From a bacterium (GTDB lineage Bacteria; Ratteibacteria; UBA8468; B48-G9; DTJG01): a stretch of 64,000 bases of DNA. Below, one piece after another: positions 1 to 9,014 of the stretch. Position numbers and translations under genes: made by a program. Position 1 is the stretch's first letter; each line of letters opens with the position of its first letter. The notes under the pieces were generated by a model. That model ran no database searches. It saw only the letters and a list, made by a program, of their open reading frames with translations, and had not been told where the DNA came from. The stretch spans positions 25,620 through 89,619 of the forward strand of contig JAJYYV010000002.1 of NCBI GenBank assembly GCA_021800535.1, given 5' to 3'.

Positions 1-138
1 AATATGTAAAAAATTTACTTATACTAAGAAGTAAGAGATAAGTTATGGATTGCTCTTTTCTACTTTGTAAAAACTTTCTTTCACCACAACGCCTCAAAGA
101 CAATCCAAACTTATTTCAAATACATTGTTAATCAAGTA

Positions 139-1278
139 TTATAAAAGCTCTTTAAAAAAATCAACAAGGTCTGTTTTTTCCCATGTAAAATCTTTGTCTT
201 CTCTTCCAAAATGGCCATAGGATGCAGTTTTATAATATATTGGTCTTAAAAGATTAAGTTTGTTAATAATTCCTCTGGGAGAAAGGTCTAAGTTTTCTTT
301 TATATGTCTGATAATTTTTTCTTCTTCCACTTTTCCTGTCCCAAACAGGTTAAGCATATATGAAACAGGCTGGGGTTGTCCTATTATATAGGCAATCTGT
401 ATCTGACATCTCTTTGCAAGCCCTGCTGCCACTATATTTTTTGCTATATATCTGGCATAATAAGATGCAGACCTGTCAACCTTTGAAGGGTCTTTTCCTG
501 AAAAACTTCCTCCGCCATGGCTGCCAATTCCACCATAAGTATCAACAATTATTTTTCTTCCTGTAACTCCGGTATCTGCCTGAGGTCCGCCAACAGCAAA
601 ACTTCCAGTCCGATTAATAAAAATATCCATTTTATCTGTTCTATATTTTTCAGGAATAACCTGATTTATAACAAGCCCTGTAAGGTCATCTTTTATTTTT
701 TTCTGGGAAATATCCGGATTGTGCTGCGCCGCCAGAACAACAGAAGTAACTTTTTCAGGAATGTTATCTTTGTATAAAATAGTCACCTGACTTTTCCCAT
801 CAGGTCTTAAATAAGGAAGAACTTTTTCTTTTCTGAGACTTGCCATCTTCATAACAAGATTATGGGCAAGTGAAATAGGCAAAGGCATAAAAGTCTCTGT
901 TTCATCAACTGCATAACCAAACATCATACCCTGGTCTCCTGCGCCGCCTGTATCTACACCCTGGGAAATTTCAGGAGACTGCTGCTGAATAGAGGTTATA
1001 ATCGCTCCTGTCTGGTAATTAAACCCATAAGAATCATCTGTATACCCTATATTTTTCAAAACTTCTCTTGCAATCTCCGGAGCATCAATATGGGCTTTTG
1101 TTGTTATTTCACCTGCAATAAAAATAAGACCTTTGGTTGTTAAAGTTTCACACGCCACTCTCCCATTTTTATCCTGACGAAGAACCTCATCCAAAATAGC
1201 ATCTGAGGTCTGGTCACAGATTTTATCAGGATGCCCTTCTGTAACAGACTCTGATGTAAAAAGATATTCTTTAGCCAT
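139..1278 (-). CDS. metK: S-adenosylmethionine synthetase
   Basis: 379 aa ORF. N-terminal TSESVTEGHPDKICDQ and the GGGSFSGKDPSKVDRSA motif are hallmark MetK signatures. Confidence 0.97.
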   Translation of the reverse strand: MAKEYLFTSESVTEGHPDKICDQTSDAILDEVLRQDKNGRVACETLTTKGLIFIAGEITTKAHIDAPEIAREVLKNIGYTDDSYGFNYQTGAIITSIQQQSPEISQGVDTGGAGDQGMMFGYAVDETETFMPLPISLAHNLVMKMASLRKEKVLPYLRPDGKSQVTILYKDNIPEKVTSVVLAAQHNPDISQKKIKDDLTGLVINQVIPEKYRTDKMDIFINRTGSFAVGGPQADTGVTGRKIIVDTYGGIGSHGGGSFSGKDPSKVDRSASYYARYIAKNIVAAGLAKRCQIQIAYIIGQPQPVSYMLNLFGTGKVEEEKIIRHIKENLDLSPRGIINKLNLLRPIYYKTASYGHFGREDKDFTWEKTDLVDFFKELL

Positions 1279-1305
1279 TGTTTATTCCTTTCTATAAAAA
1301 ATTTA

Positions 1306-2343
1306 TTATTTTGATAATTCTGTTTTTAAATAGGTTATTTCCTTAATTTCTGTTGGGTCTATATTATTTAAAATAGCCAGGTAAAAACTCAACCAATCTC
1401 CAAGAATAATAAGAGATAAAATCTTTTCCACAGGATGTTTTCCATAAGAAGAAATATTTATTATTTCAAGATTTTTATCAGATAATATTTTTTCTGTCAG
1501 GTCCATTCTTTGTTTTATTCTTGGATGGTCGTTTTCATCGCGTAAAAAAAAGAATTTTGTATTGGCAACAAGAAACTCAGGAAAATTCCATGACATAATT
1601 TCATTATGGTTCAGCTCAGAAAATTCATTTATAAATGAGACATTTTTTGAATTTTCCGCAAACTGTGTTTTCCATCTTATTGCTGCAGGAAAAAGAAACG
1701 GACCAGAATAAATTATAGGATTTTTATTCCATATTTTCCCGGCAAATTCTTTTGCCATGTTGGCAGTTTTATTTTCAACCCTATAAACATCAATAAATTT
1801 TTTTATAACAGAAAATGTATTTTCAATTTCAAATTCTTTAATAATACCAAGTTTTGTAAAAAGATTCAATACAGGGAAAAAAAGATAACCAAGCGCACAC
1901 CTTGGTGGAAAACCTTTTTGAACCTTAACATGAGATATTCCATCTTTCTGAGAGAGTTCCTCCAAAATTCCCCCACATGATATTGACCAGATAGAAGCTT
2001 TTTTATTTTTAGCATCATTATAACAGCTGATAGTCTCTTCAGTATTTCCGGAATAACTTACAGGTATAACCAGACTTTTTTCATTAACAAAAGAAGGTAA
2101 GGTATAACCACGGTTTACATAAATAATTGTGGGGTTATTTTGGGCTACTTGTTTTATAATATCTCCACCAACTGCAGAACCACCCATACCACAAAAACAT
2201 ATACAGTCAAAGTTCTTTTTACTTAAAAGTGGAATGTTAATATTCCATGCATCTTTACACTGAAGACTAAATTCATCCAGCATATTTTTCATATTAGATT
2301 TATCCAGCTGCCTTATCTTGTCTATATCATCCAGAGCATTCAT
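1306..2343 (-). CDS. bifunctional phosphoglucose/phosphomannose isomerase (SIS domain)
   Basis: 345 aa. Has the SIS phosphosugar-binding motif CFCGMGGSAVGGD and a second SYSGNTEET motif. Length and layout fit the PGI/PMI family. Confidence 0.75.
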   Translation of the reverse strand: MNALDDIDKIRQLDKSNMKNMLDEFSLQCKDAWNINIPLLSKKNFDCICFCGMGGSAVGGDIIKQVAQNNPTIIYVNRGYTLPSFVNEKSLVIPVSYSGNTEETISCYNDAKNKKASIWSISCGGILEELSQKDGISHVKVQKGFPPRCALGYLFFPVLNLFTKLGIIKEFEIENTFSVIKKFIDVYRVENKTANMAKEFAGKIWNKNPIIYSGPFLFPAAIRWKTQFAENSKNVSFINEFSELNHNEIMSWNFPEFLVANTKFFFLRDENDHPRIKQRMDLTEKILSDKNLEIINISSYGKHPVEKILSLIILGDWLSFYLAILNNIDPTEIKEITYLKTELSK

Positions 2344-4079
2344 TTTTCCCCTCCCATGTTTAAATTATTTTTAACATAGTCATATATTTGTTGATGTGTT
2401 GAAAATTCAAAAACCTTTTCAGCAATTTGCTCCATTTTTTTAAAGCCTGTTTTTCTGATAGTCTGTTTTATACGGGGGATCATTGAAGGAGACATACTCA
2501 ACTCATCCACACCCAAACCAAGTAAAACACAGGCTATTTCCGGAATGGAGGCACATTCTCCGCACACACTTGTTTTTATTCCATATTTTTTGGCATTTTC
2601 TACAGAAATCTTTATAAGTTTAAGTATTGCCGGATGTAAAGGCTGATAGAGATATGAAATTTTTTCATTTACTCTATCAACAGCTATAGTATACTGGATA
2701 AGGTCATTTGTGCCAAAACTAAAAAAATCCACCTCTTTTGCAAGAATATCTGAAATAAGAGCAGATGAGGGGACTTCTATCATAATACCAAATGAAAGCC
2801 TTTTAAATTTTTTATTTTCTCTTTTTAGCTCTAATTCACATTCCTGTATAATTTTTTTGGTTTCTTTTATTTCTTCAAAAGCTGAAACCATTGGGATAAG
2901 AAGTCTTAAATCTCCATAATAACCTGCTCTCATAATTGCCTTTAACTGGGTTTTAAAAAATTCCACCTGACTAAGACAAAACCTTATTGCCCTATTACCA
3001 AGAAAAGGATTAAGTTCTTTGGGCGTCCTTAATTCAGATATAAATTTATCTCCGCCAATATCCAGAGTTCTGATAACCATAGGTTTATCTTTTAACAACA
3101 AAAGAACTTTTTTATATGAATGAAACTGCTCTTCTTCTGAAGGCATCTCCCTTCTGTTTAGAAAAAGGTATTCTGTCCTGTATAAACCTACACCTTCCGC
3201 ACCATATTTAACTACTGTGTTGATTTCTTCAGGCAATTCAATATTTGCTAAAAGATTTATTTTTTTCCCATCCGGTGTTTTACTTACCAAAGATTTCATC
3301 ATATATAGATTTTTTCTTTGTTCTAAATATTCTTTTTGTATTTTTTCATATTTTTTAAGTACTTCTTCTGATGGTTCAATAATAATATCCCCATTAAATC
3401 CATCAACAATAATAATCTGTTCATCTTTTAATTGTTTTGTTATCTCATCCATACCTACCACAGCAGGAATTTCAAGTGCTTTAGCCATAATAGCAGTATG
3501 GGATGTAGAACTTCCTATTTCAGTAATAAAACCAATAGTATTATGTGGATTTAAAACTGCTGTCTGGGAAGGTGATAGGTCATGTGCGGCAATAATTGTT
3601 TTTTCTTTTACAGCAAAAGAATAAAATTTTTCCCTGTTTAAATAAGAAAAAATCTTTTCTGCAACATCAAAAAGGTCTTTTCTTCTATCTTCAAAGGCTG
3701 GGTCGTCTTTTTTACCAAAATTTTCCAGTATTTTGTTTAATGTATTATGGAATGCATATTCTGCAGACACACCTGCTTCTTTTATATTTTTTATTGTTTC
3801 TTCCTGAAGATTTTTATCTTTTAAAAGAAGCAAATGCATTGCGAAGATTTCCCCATATTTTTCTCCAAGTGTCTTTGTAATATTTTTCTGAGTGTTAATA
3901 ATTTCTTTTTCTGCAAAAATTAATGCCTCTTTAAATTTTTCTATTTCCTTTAATAAATTTTCTGCTTTTATTTTTCCATTATAATTATTATTATAAGACA
4001 GACTAAATCTATTTTTTATTACATAGACATGCCCAATAGCAATACCCGGAGAAACACCCATTCCTTTTAATGTTTTCAT
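2340..4079 (-). CDS. ptsI: phosphoenolpyruvate-protein phosphotransferase (PTS enzyme I)
   Basis: 579 aa. Has the phospho-histidine loop GSSTSHTAIMAKALEIPAVVG and a PEP-utilising TIM-barrel C-terminus (FFSFGTNDLIQY). No N-terminal GAF domain. 4-nt overlap with the downstream gene. Confidence 0.93.
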   Translation of the reverse strand: MKTLKGMGVSPGIAIGHVYVIKNRFSLSYNNNYNGKIKAENLLKEIEKFKEALIFAEKEIINTQKNITKTLGEKYGEIFAMHLLLLKDKNLQEETIKNIKEAGVSAEYAFHNTLNKILENFGKKDDPAFEDRRKDLFDVAEKIFSYLNREKFYSFAVKEKTIIAAHDLSPSQTAVLNPHNTIGFITEIGSSTSHTAIMAKALEIPAVVGMDEITKQLKDEQIIIVDGFNGDIIIEPSEEVLKKYEKIQKEYLEQRKNLYMMKSLVSKTPDGKKINLLANIELPEEINTVVKYGAEGVGLYRTEYLFLNRREMPSEEEQFHSYKKVLLLLKDKPMVIRTLDIGGDKFISELRTPKELNPFLGNRAIRFCLSQVEFFKTQLKAIMRAGYYGDLRLLIPMVSAFEEIKETKKIIQECELELKRENKKFKRLSFGIMIEVPSSALISDILAKEVDFFSFGTNDLIQYTIAVDRVNEKISYLYQPLHPAILKLIKISVENAKKYGIKTSVCGECASIPEIACVLLGLGVDELSMSPSMIPRIKQTIRKTGFKKMEQIAEKVFEFSTHQQIYDYVKNNLNMGGEK

Positions 4080-4087
4080 TACTTTAT

Positions 4088-4561
4088 TTATTTTAAGTTA
4101 TCTAATCTTTCTTCATCTTCTTTAATAATATTATAGGCTTCTGCTGGCGTCTTAGCAGTAATAAGGGAATTTTTAAAAACTTTGTCTTTAAGCAATCGGG
4201 CTATTTTGGCAAGAGCTTTAAGATGTTCACCGGTTGCTCCAATAGGAGCAAGAACAAGAAATATAATTAAAACAGGTTCTCCATCCAGAGAATCAAAAGA
4301 AACACCTGCTTTTGAAATTCCCAAAGCACAAACAATTTTATCAACCTGGTCAGTCTTAGCATGTGGAACAGCAATTCCCTGGCCAATCCCTGTGGAACCT
4401 AATTTTTCTCTTTCAAGAAGAATTTCCAACACTTTATCTGAATTTTTTAAAAGATTATTCCCCTGAAGCCTTTGTAATAATTCCGAAAGAGATGATTCTT
4501 TTCCTCTGGATTTCAGGTCAATAATAATTTCTTTTTCTGTAATAAATTCTGCTATCTGCAT
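4088..4561 (-). CDS. ptsN: PTS EIIA-Ntr type nitrogen-regulatory protein
   Basis: 157 aa. PTS_EIIA_2-like with the active-site His context GQGIAVPHAK. Lies next to hpf, as in proteobacterial rpoN-hpf-ptsN loci. Confidence 0.85.
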   Translation of the reverse strand: MQIAEFITEKEIIIDLKSRGKESSLSELLQRLQGNNLLKNSDKVLEILLEREKLGSTGIGQGIAVPHAKTDQVDKIVCALGISKAGVSFDSLDGEPVLIIFLVLAPIGATGEHLKALAKIARLLKDKVFKNSLITAKTPAEAYNIIKEDEERLDNLK

Positions 4562-4581
4562 GTTATTGCCTCCTCATTAAA

Positions 4582-4908
4582 TTATAATTGTATTAAATTT
4601 TTTTGTTCACTTTTATGTGAAATATCTATTTTTTTATCATGAAGTTTACTTGCTTTATTTTTTAATTTATCCACAATTTTTGTTACACACATTGAAAGGT
4701 CATCTGAATTCTCTTTGATAAATAAGGAGCCTGTTTTACTTTTAACTTCTGCTTCCACTATATAATTATATCTCTCCTTTTTTATAATAAGATGCACATT
4801 CGGTTCATCAAAGAAAAATTTATCAAGTTTTGAAAATTTTTCTTCAGCAAATTCTTCAAAAACTTTATCTACTTTAAAGTGTACAGACTGAATAGTAATC
4901 TTCATCAT
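4582..4908 (-). CDS. hpf: ribosome hibernation promoting factor / RaiA (short form)
   Basis: 108 aa. Matches the S30EA / sigma-54 modulation protein family pattern (ITIQSVHFKVDK...FAEEKFSKLDKFF). Conserved position next to ptsN. Confidence 0.85.
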   Translation of the reverse strand: MMKITIQSVHFKVDKVFEEFAEEKFSKLDKFFFDEPNVHLIIKKERYNYIVEAEVKSKTGSLFIKENSDDLSMCVTKIVDKLKNKASKLHDKKIDISHKSEQKNLIQL

Positions 4909-4929
4909 AACCTCCTATTTAAGATTTAA

Positions 4930-5838
4930 TTAATAGGTATTTATATGGATTATCTTTAGTAAAGGAAAATAATAGTGTAAAATTTGTTTATAGTCAAATC
5001 CTTTCTCTGCCATAACCTTTGTTCCATATTGAGACATACCAACCCCATGACCATATCCTTTGCCAGAAAAAATAAAATTGTTTCCTGATTTTTTTACTTT
5101 AAACATAGTGCTTGGAAGTGTGTCAGAATCAATAAAAATACCTCCGGGATTATTATAAATAAAATCCAATCTAAAATTATTTCCAGACATTGTTTTTGTT
5201 ATCCCTGAATCTGTTTTAATCTCTATTATTTCTATTCTACCTGAAATATCCCTTTTTAATACTTTAATATCTTTTACTGATGAAACACCTAAAATATTAG
5301 AAATCTGAGAAGAAGAAAATATTTTTGTCCATTTTTTATAAGGCCCATGTTTACTATAAGGGTCCAATACGGCTATTGCATAAGAATCCCCTGGACCCCA
5401 GACATTTTCAGCAGAATCAGTACAACCACCTGAAGAGGCGCAAAAAAATGCTTCAACAATTTTATTATTATATGTAAGAATTTCTCCATGAGTAGAATTG
5501 ACTGCATTAATAACATTTATATTATCTCCGTCATCTTTATTATAAACCTGATTAAAAACTGAATTTTTTACATCGTAAGGAAGTCCCTTTTCCCGTGCAA
5601 TATTTATATAGTATAAGGCATTAGTTCTGGCGCATACAGCCTGTGCTTTTAATGCTTCAATTGGATAATTAGATTCTATTTCTTTTCCTACAACTCCATA
5701 AAGATATTGCCTCAGAGGCATTACTTTTATACTTCCACCTACATCAACCCTGATATTTTCAGAAAAAACAAGTGGTATAAAAACAAAAAAACTACTTACC
5801 AGAAGGAGTATTTTTTTCAACATAATATATTTTAACAC
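4930..5838 (-). CDS. SpoIID/LytB domain protein (peptidoglycan remodelling)
   Basis: 302 aa with a signal peptide. SpoIID motifs AQAVCARTNALYY, FCASSGGCTDSAENVWG and GHGVGMSQYG. The start could be the internal Met at 5823. Confidence 0.85.
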   Translation of the reverse strand: MLKYIMLKKILLLVSSFFVFIPLVFSENIRVDVGGSIKVMPLRQYLYGVVGKEIESNYPIEALKAQAVCARTNALYYINIAREKGLPYDVKNSVFNQVYNKDDGDNINVINAVNSTHGEILTYNNKIVEAFFCASSGGCTDSAENVWGPGDSYAIAVLDPYSKHGPYKKWTKIFSSSQISNILGVSSVKDIKVLKRDISGRIEIIEIKTDSGITKTMSGNNFRLDFIYNNPGGIFIDSDTLPSTMFKVKKSGNNFIFSGKGYGHGVGMSQYGTKVMAEKGFDYKQILHYYFPLLKIIHINTY

Positions 5839-6367
5839 TACCGCTAAATACTATTTTATTTTTGTTAATATCATAAACAATCTGGTTTGCTTTATATTTG
5901 TTTTGACCCTGAAATATTTCAGGATTTCCATCCAATATAAGTTGTGAAGTATCTTTCATATAAGTAAGTTTTTTACAAAATGCTGTAAAATTCATATTTT
6001 TGGTTTTTAGATTTTCCTGATTAATTGTTACCCTGTCTGCCTGAATAATTATTTTACTGGGCTGCTGTGTTTTAGGGTCAAGAAAAATTTCACCGTTACC
6101 ATCGCTTGTAGTAGAAATTTTAACAATAATATTTCCAGTGGAAATTGCAATAGCAGGATTTGAAATAGATGTCTGATTTGTATTTTCAGCCATTGCCTGG
6201 CTTCCAATAATAGAAATATTCTTATTTTCCCCAATATAATCAATTTTAAAATTTTTTAGCAAAGGCTGATTACGGGATTGTTGAGATTGATTTTTCTTTT
6301 TCACACAACCAGAAAGAGTGACCAATGCTAAAAATATGATAAATACTTTTTTAAAATTTTTTCCCAT
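5792..6367 (-). CDS. LptC/LptA (OstA-like) family LPS-transport protein, lipoprotein-anchored (tentative)
   Basis: 191 aa with a lipobox LVTLSGC. The C-terminal half is beta-rich and OstA-like (ADRVTINQENL...LILDGNPEIFQGQNKYKANQIVYDINKNKIVFSG). Sits directly after kdsC, where lptC lies in E. coli. Confidence 0.45.
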   Translation of the reverse strand: MGKNFKKVFIIFLALVTLSGCVKKKNQSQQSRNQPLLKNFKIDYIGENKNISIIGSQAMAENTNQTSISNPAIAISTGNIIVKISTTSDGNGEIFLDPKTQQPSKIIIQADRVTINQENLKTKNMNFTAFCKKLTYMKDTSQLILDGNPEIFQGQNKYKANQIVYDINKNKIVFSGSVKIYYVEKNTPSGK

Positions 6368-6849
6368 TTATCCTGACCTTTTATTATTTTTTCCACTATT
6401 TCTCTTACTGCTCCATGACCACCCTGTTGTTTTGTTATAATTGAAACAATTCTTTTTACTTCATCAACTGCATCAGAGGGAGCCACTGGCAATCCAACAT
6501 TTTTTAAAACCGGGATATCATTTAAATCATCGCCTATATAACAAATATTTTCAAATTTATATTTCTGTTTGTCACAAAACTCTTTTAAAATTTTCAGTTT
6601 ATCTTTGATATTATCAAAAACAATATCCACTTCTATTTCTTTCAGTCTGTTTTTTAGTATACCACTTTTTTTACCGGAAAGAATCATACTTTTTATACCA
6701 GCAGACTTAAGAAGTTTAAATGCAAGCCCATCACGAACATTAAAAAATTTCCCTGAATAATCTTTCTCTCCATAAAATATCTTACTATCTGTAAGAACCC
6801 CATCAACATCACATATAAAAAGATTTACTTTATCATATATATTATTCAT
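6328..6849 (-). CDS. kdsC: 3-deoxy-D-manno-octulosonate 8-phosphate phosphatase
   Basis: HAD motif I is FICDVDGVLTD and motif IV is GDDLNDIP. The ORF track extends to 6903. The Met at 6849 lies 1 nt after the kdsD stop (6851-6853), so it is the likelier start. Confidence 0.85.
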   Translation of the reverse strand: MNNIYDKVNLFICDVDGVLTDSKIFYGEKDYSGKFFNVRDGLAFKLLKSAGIKSMILSGKKSGILKNRLKEIEVDIVFDNIKDKLKILKEFCDKQKYKFENICYIGDDLNDIPVLKNVGLPVAPSDAVDEVKRIVSIITKQQGGHGAVREIVEKIIKGQDKWEKILKKYLSYF

Positions 6850-6850
6850 T

Positions 6851-7834
6851 TTATAACTCGGAGCTAAATTCTTTTTTCCCAAGAAGGTCATGCAAATGAA
6901 CAAAACCTTTTATCTTTCCATTTTTCTCTTTTATAATAAGACAGGTGATTTCATATTTTTCCATTATCGCCAAAGCCTGAACAGCAAGTTTATCTTCCTC
7001 TATTTCCTTGGGGTTTGAAACCATACAATCAACAACCTTTTTACATGAAACATCTGGTGTCCTGGCAAGAAACCTTCTTAAATCCCCATCTGTAATTATC
7101 CCTTTAATTTTTCCATTTTTATCTTCAATAAGGGTAAAACCCATATTTTTTTTATTTATCTCTTTTATAGCCTCTGCTAAAAAAACATCCTCATAAACTC
7201 TTGGAATACTTGACCCTGTCTGCATAACATCCTTTACCCTTAAAAGAAGCCGTTTGCCAAGATTTCCTCCAGGATGATAGAAAGCATAATCTTCTTTTTG
7301 AAATCCTTTTAATGTAAGAAGTGTAAAAGCTATTGCATCACCCAAAACAAGAGCTGTAGTAGCACTTGATGATGGAATAATTCCAAAAGGGTCTGCTTCC
7401 TGTATAGGCCCTGTACTTAAAGCAATATCACTTTGAAGAGCCAGGGAACTTTTATTTTCGGAGGTTAAACTGATAATCTTTGCTCCAATTTTCTTTAAAG
7501 AAGGTAGAATTCTTAAAATTTCCGGTGTTTCTCCACTGTTTGATACAGCAATTACTATATCATTTGAACAAACCATGCCAAGGTCCCCATGTATTGCTTC
7601 CCCAGGGTGAAGAAATATTGATGGAGTTCCTGTACTGGCAAATGTAGTAGAGATTTTTTTACCTATAATCCCGCTTTTCCCCATACCTGTCACAACTATT
7701 TTACCTGCGCAATTGTACATCATTTTAACAGCAGAAATAAAACTGTGGTTTATATAATCTTTAAGATTTTCAAGATTTCTTATTTCAATATCCACTATAT
7801 TTTTTGCCTGTTTTATAATCTGTTTATTATCCAT
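6851..7834 (-). CDS. kdsD: arabinose-5-phosphate isomerase (SIS + tandem CBS)
   Basis: 327 aa. SIS motif VVTGMGKSGIIGKK...HPGEAIHGDLGMV with a C-terminal CBS pair. Flanked by kdsA and kdsC. Confidence 0.9.
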   Translation of the reverse strand: MDNKQIIKQAKNIVDIEIRNLENLKDYINHSFISAVKMMYNCAGKIVVTGMGKSGIIGKKISTTFASTGTPSIFLHPGEAIHGDLGMVCSNDIVIAVSNSGETPEILRILPSLKKIGAKIISLTSENKSSLALQSDIALSTGPIQEADPFGIIPSSSATTALVLGDAIAFTLLTLKGFQKEDYAFYHPGGNLGKRLLLRVKDVMQTGSSIPRVYEDVFLAEAIKEINKKNMGFTLIEDKNGKIKGIITDGDLRRFLARTPDVSCKKVVDCMVSNPKEIEEDKLAVQALAIMEKYEITCLIIKEKNGKIKGFVHLHDLLGKKEFSSEL

Positions 7835-8645
7835 TTTTTATCTGTTCTATTTCTTTTAAACTTTTTAAAAGTGGTTCCACCTGTTGGAATGAAAGCATAT
7901 TTGGTCCATCTGAGAGTGCTTTATCCGGTTGAGGATGAATTTCCAAAAATATGCCCTGACATCCTACAGCCATTGCCGCTCTGCACAGTGGAGCTACAAA
8001 CTGTCTATCTCCGCCTGAAGATTTTCCTAATCCTCCTGGTTGCTGTACACTATGCGTCCCGTCAAAAATCACAGGATACCCAAAATTTTCCATTATTGGC
8101 AGAGAACGAAAATCAACTACAAGGTTATTATATCCAAAACTTGTTCCTCTTTCTGTAATGAGTATATTATCATTATCAACAGAAAGAATTTTATCAATAA
8201 TATTTTTAACCTGGTAAGGAGAAATAAATTGCCCCTTCTTTACATTTATGGGCAAACCAGTTTTAGCTGCAGATATAATCAGGTCTGTCTGCCTGCAAAG
8301 AAAAGCAGGGATTTGTATAATATCCACAATGCTACTTACTTCAGATACCTGTGAAATACAATGAACATCAGTTAAAACAGGTATATCAAACTTTTTTTTT
8401 AATTTAGAAAAAATCTCCATACCCTTTTTTAGTCCAACACCACGGAACGAATCTATAGAAGACCTGTTTGCTTTATCATAAGAGGCTTTAAAAATAAAAG
8501 GAATCTGAATCTTTTCTGTTATATTTTTAAGAAATTCCGCAGTTTTAAAAATTATATCCTCATTTTCTATTACACAGGGACCACCAATAAAACAAAATTT
8601 ATTATTGCCAATAGAAATATTTTTTCCAACTTTAATTGTTTTCAT
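7827..8645 (-). CDS. kdsA: 2-dehydro-3-deoxyphosphooctonate aldolase (Kdo-8-P synthase)
   Basis: 272 aa. Motifs IGGPCVIE, FKASYDKANRSS and FDGTHSVQQPGG are typical KdsA. Confidence 0.95.
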   Translation of the reverse strand: MKTIKVGKNISIGNNKFCFIGGPCVIENEDIIFKTAEFLKNITEKIQIPFIFKASYDKANRSSIDSFRGVGLKKGMEIFSKLKKKFDIPVLTDVHCISQVSEVSSIVDIIQIPAFLCRQTDLIISAAKTGLPINVKKGQFISPYQVKNIIDKILSVDNDNILITERGTSFGYNNLVVDFRSLPIMENFGYPVIFDGTHSVQQPGGLGKSSGGDRQFVAPLCRAAMAVGCQGIFLEIHPQPDKALSDGPNMLSFQQVEPLLKSLKEIEQIKNG

Positions 8646-8660
8646 TTCTAAAATTTTATT

Positions 8661-9014
8661 TTAGCCCGGGGGCCATTTCATCGGCCTTCCACCCAGCATA
8701 TGAACATGTAAATGCCCTACAGTCTGACCGGCATCCCTGTTAGTATTTATAACAATCCTATAGCCTGTTTTATCAATTGATAATTCTTTCGCCACATTTG
8801 ATGCTGCAATTAACATTCTACCAAGCAATTCCACATCTGCAGGTTCTACCAAAAGAAGATTCTCAATATGTTTTTTAGGTATAACAAGAATATGAATAGG
8901 AGCCTGAGGATTAATATCATTAATAACAATCATATCCTTATCCTCATACAATTTTTTTATTTCAATTTCTCCATTTGCAATCATACAAAAAGTACAACTC
9001 ATTTTTTGTCTCAT
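8661..9014 (-). CDS. HIT (histidine triad) family nucleotide hydrolase
   Basis: 117 aa with the histidine triad HLHVHMLGG. Its ATG overlaps the infB TGA stop (ATGA on the minus strand). Confidence 0.9.
   Translation of the reverse strand: MRQKMSCTFCMIANGEIEIKKLYEDKDMIVINDINPQAPIHILVIPKKHIENLLLVEPADVELLGRMLIAASNVAKELSIDKTGYRIVINTNRDAGQTVGHLHVHMLGGRPMKWPPG

Noticed and set aside
360-777. Short plus-strand ORFs (360-566, 517-777) inside metK. Similar antisense or out-of-frame ORFs occur throughout: 2710-2919, 3217-3624, 3596-3880, 4182-4466, 6049-6243, 7745-8158, 9996-10340, 12220-12429, 25452-25802, 40010-40324, 55290-55625, 62637-63040.
   Set aside because: All lie wholly within strongly supported genes on the other strand or frame. 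Their translations are low-complexity Leu/Phe/Ile/Ser-rich strings typical of antisense AT-rich DNA, with no recognisable motifs.
1279-1305. Looked for a SAM riboswitch upstream of metK.
   Set aside because: Only 27 nt separate metK from the upstream PGI/PMI gene, so there is no room for a riboswitch. metK appears co-transcribed with it.
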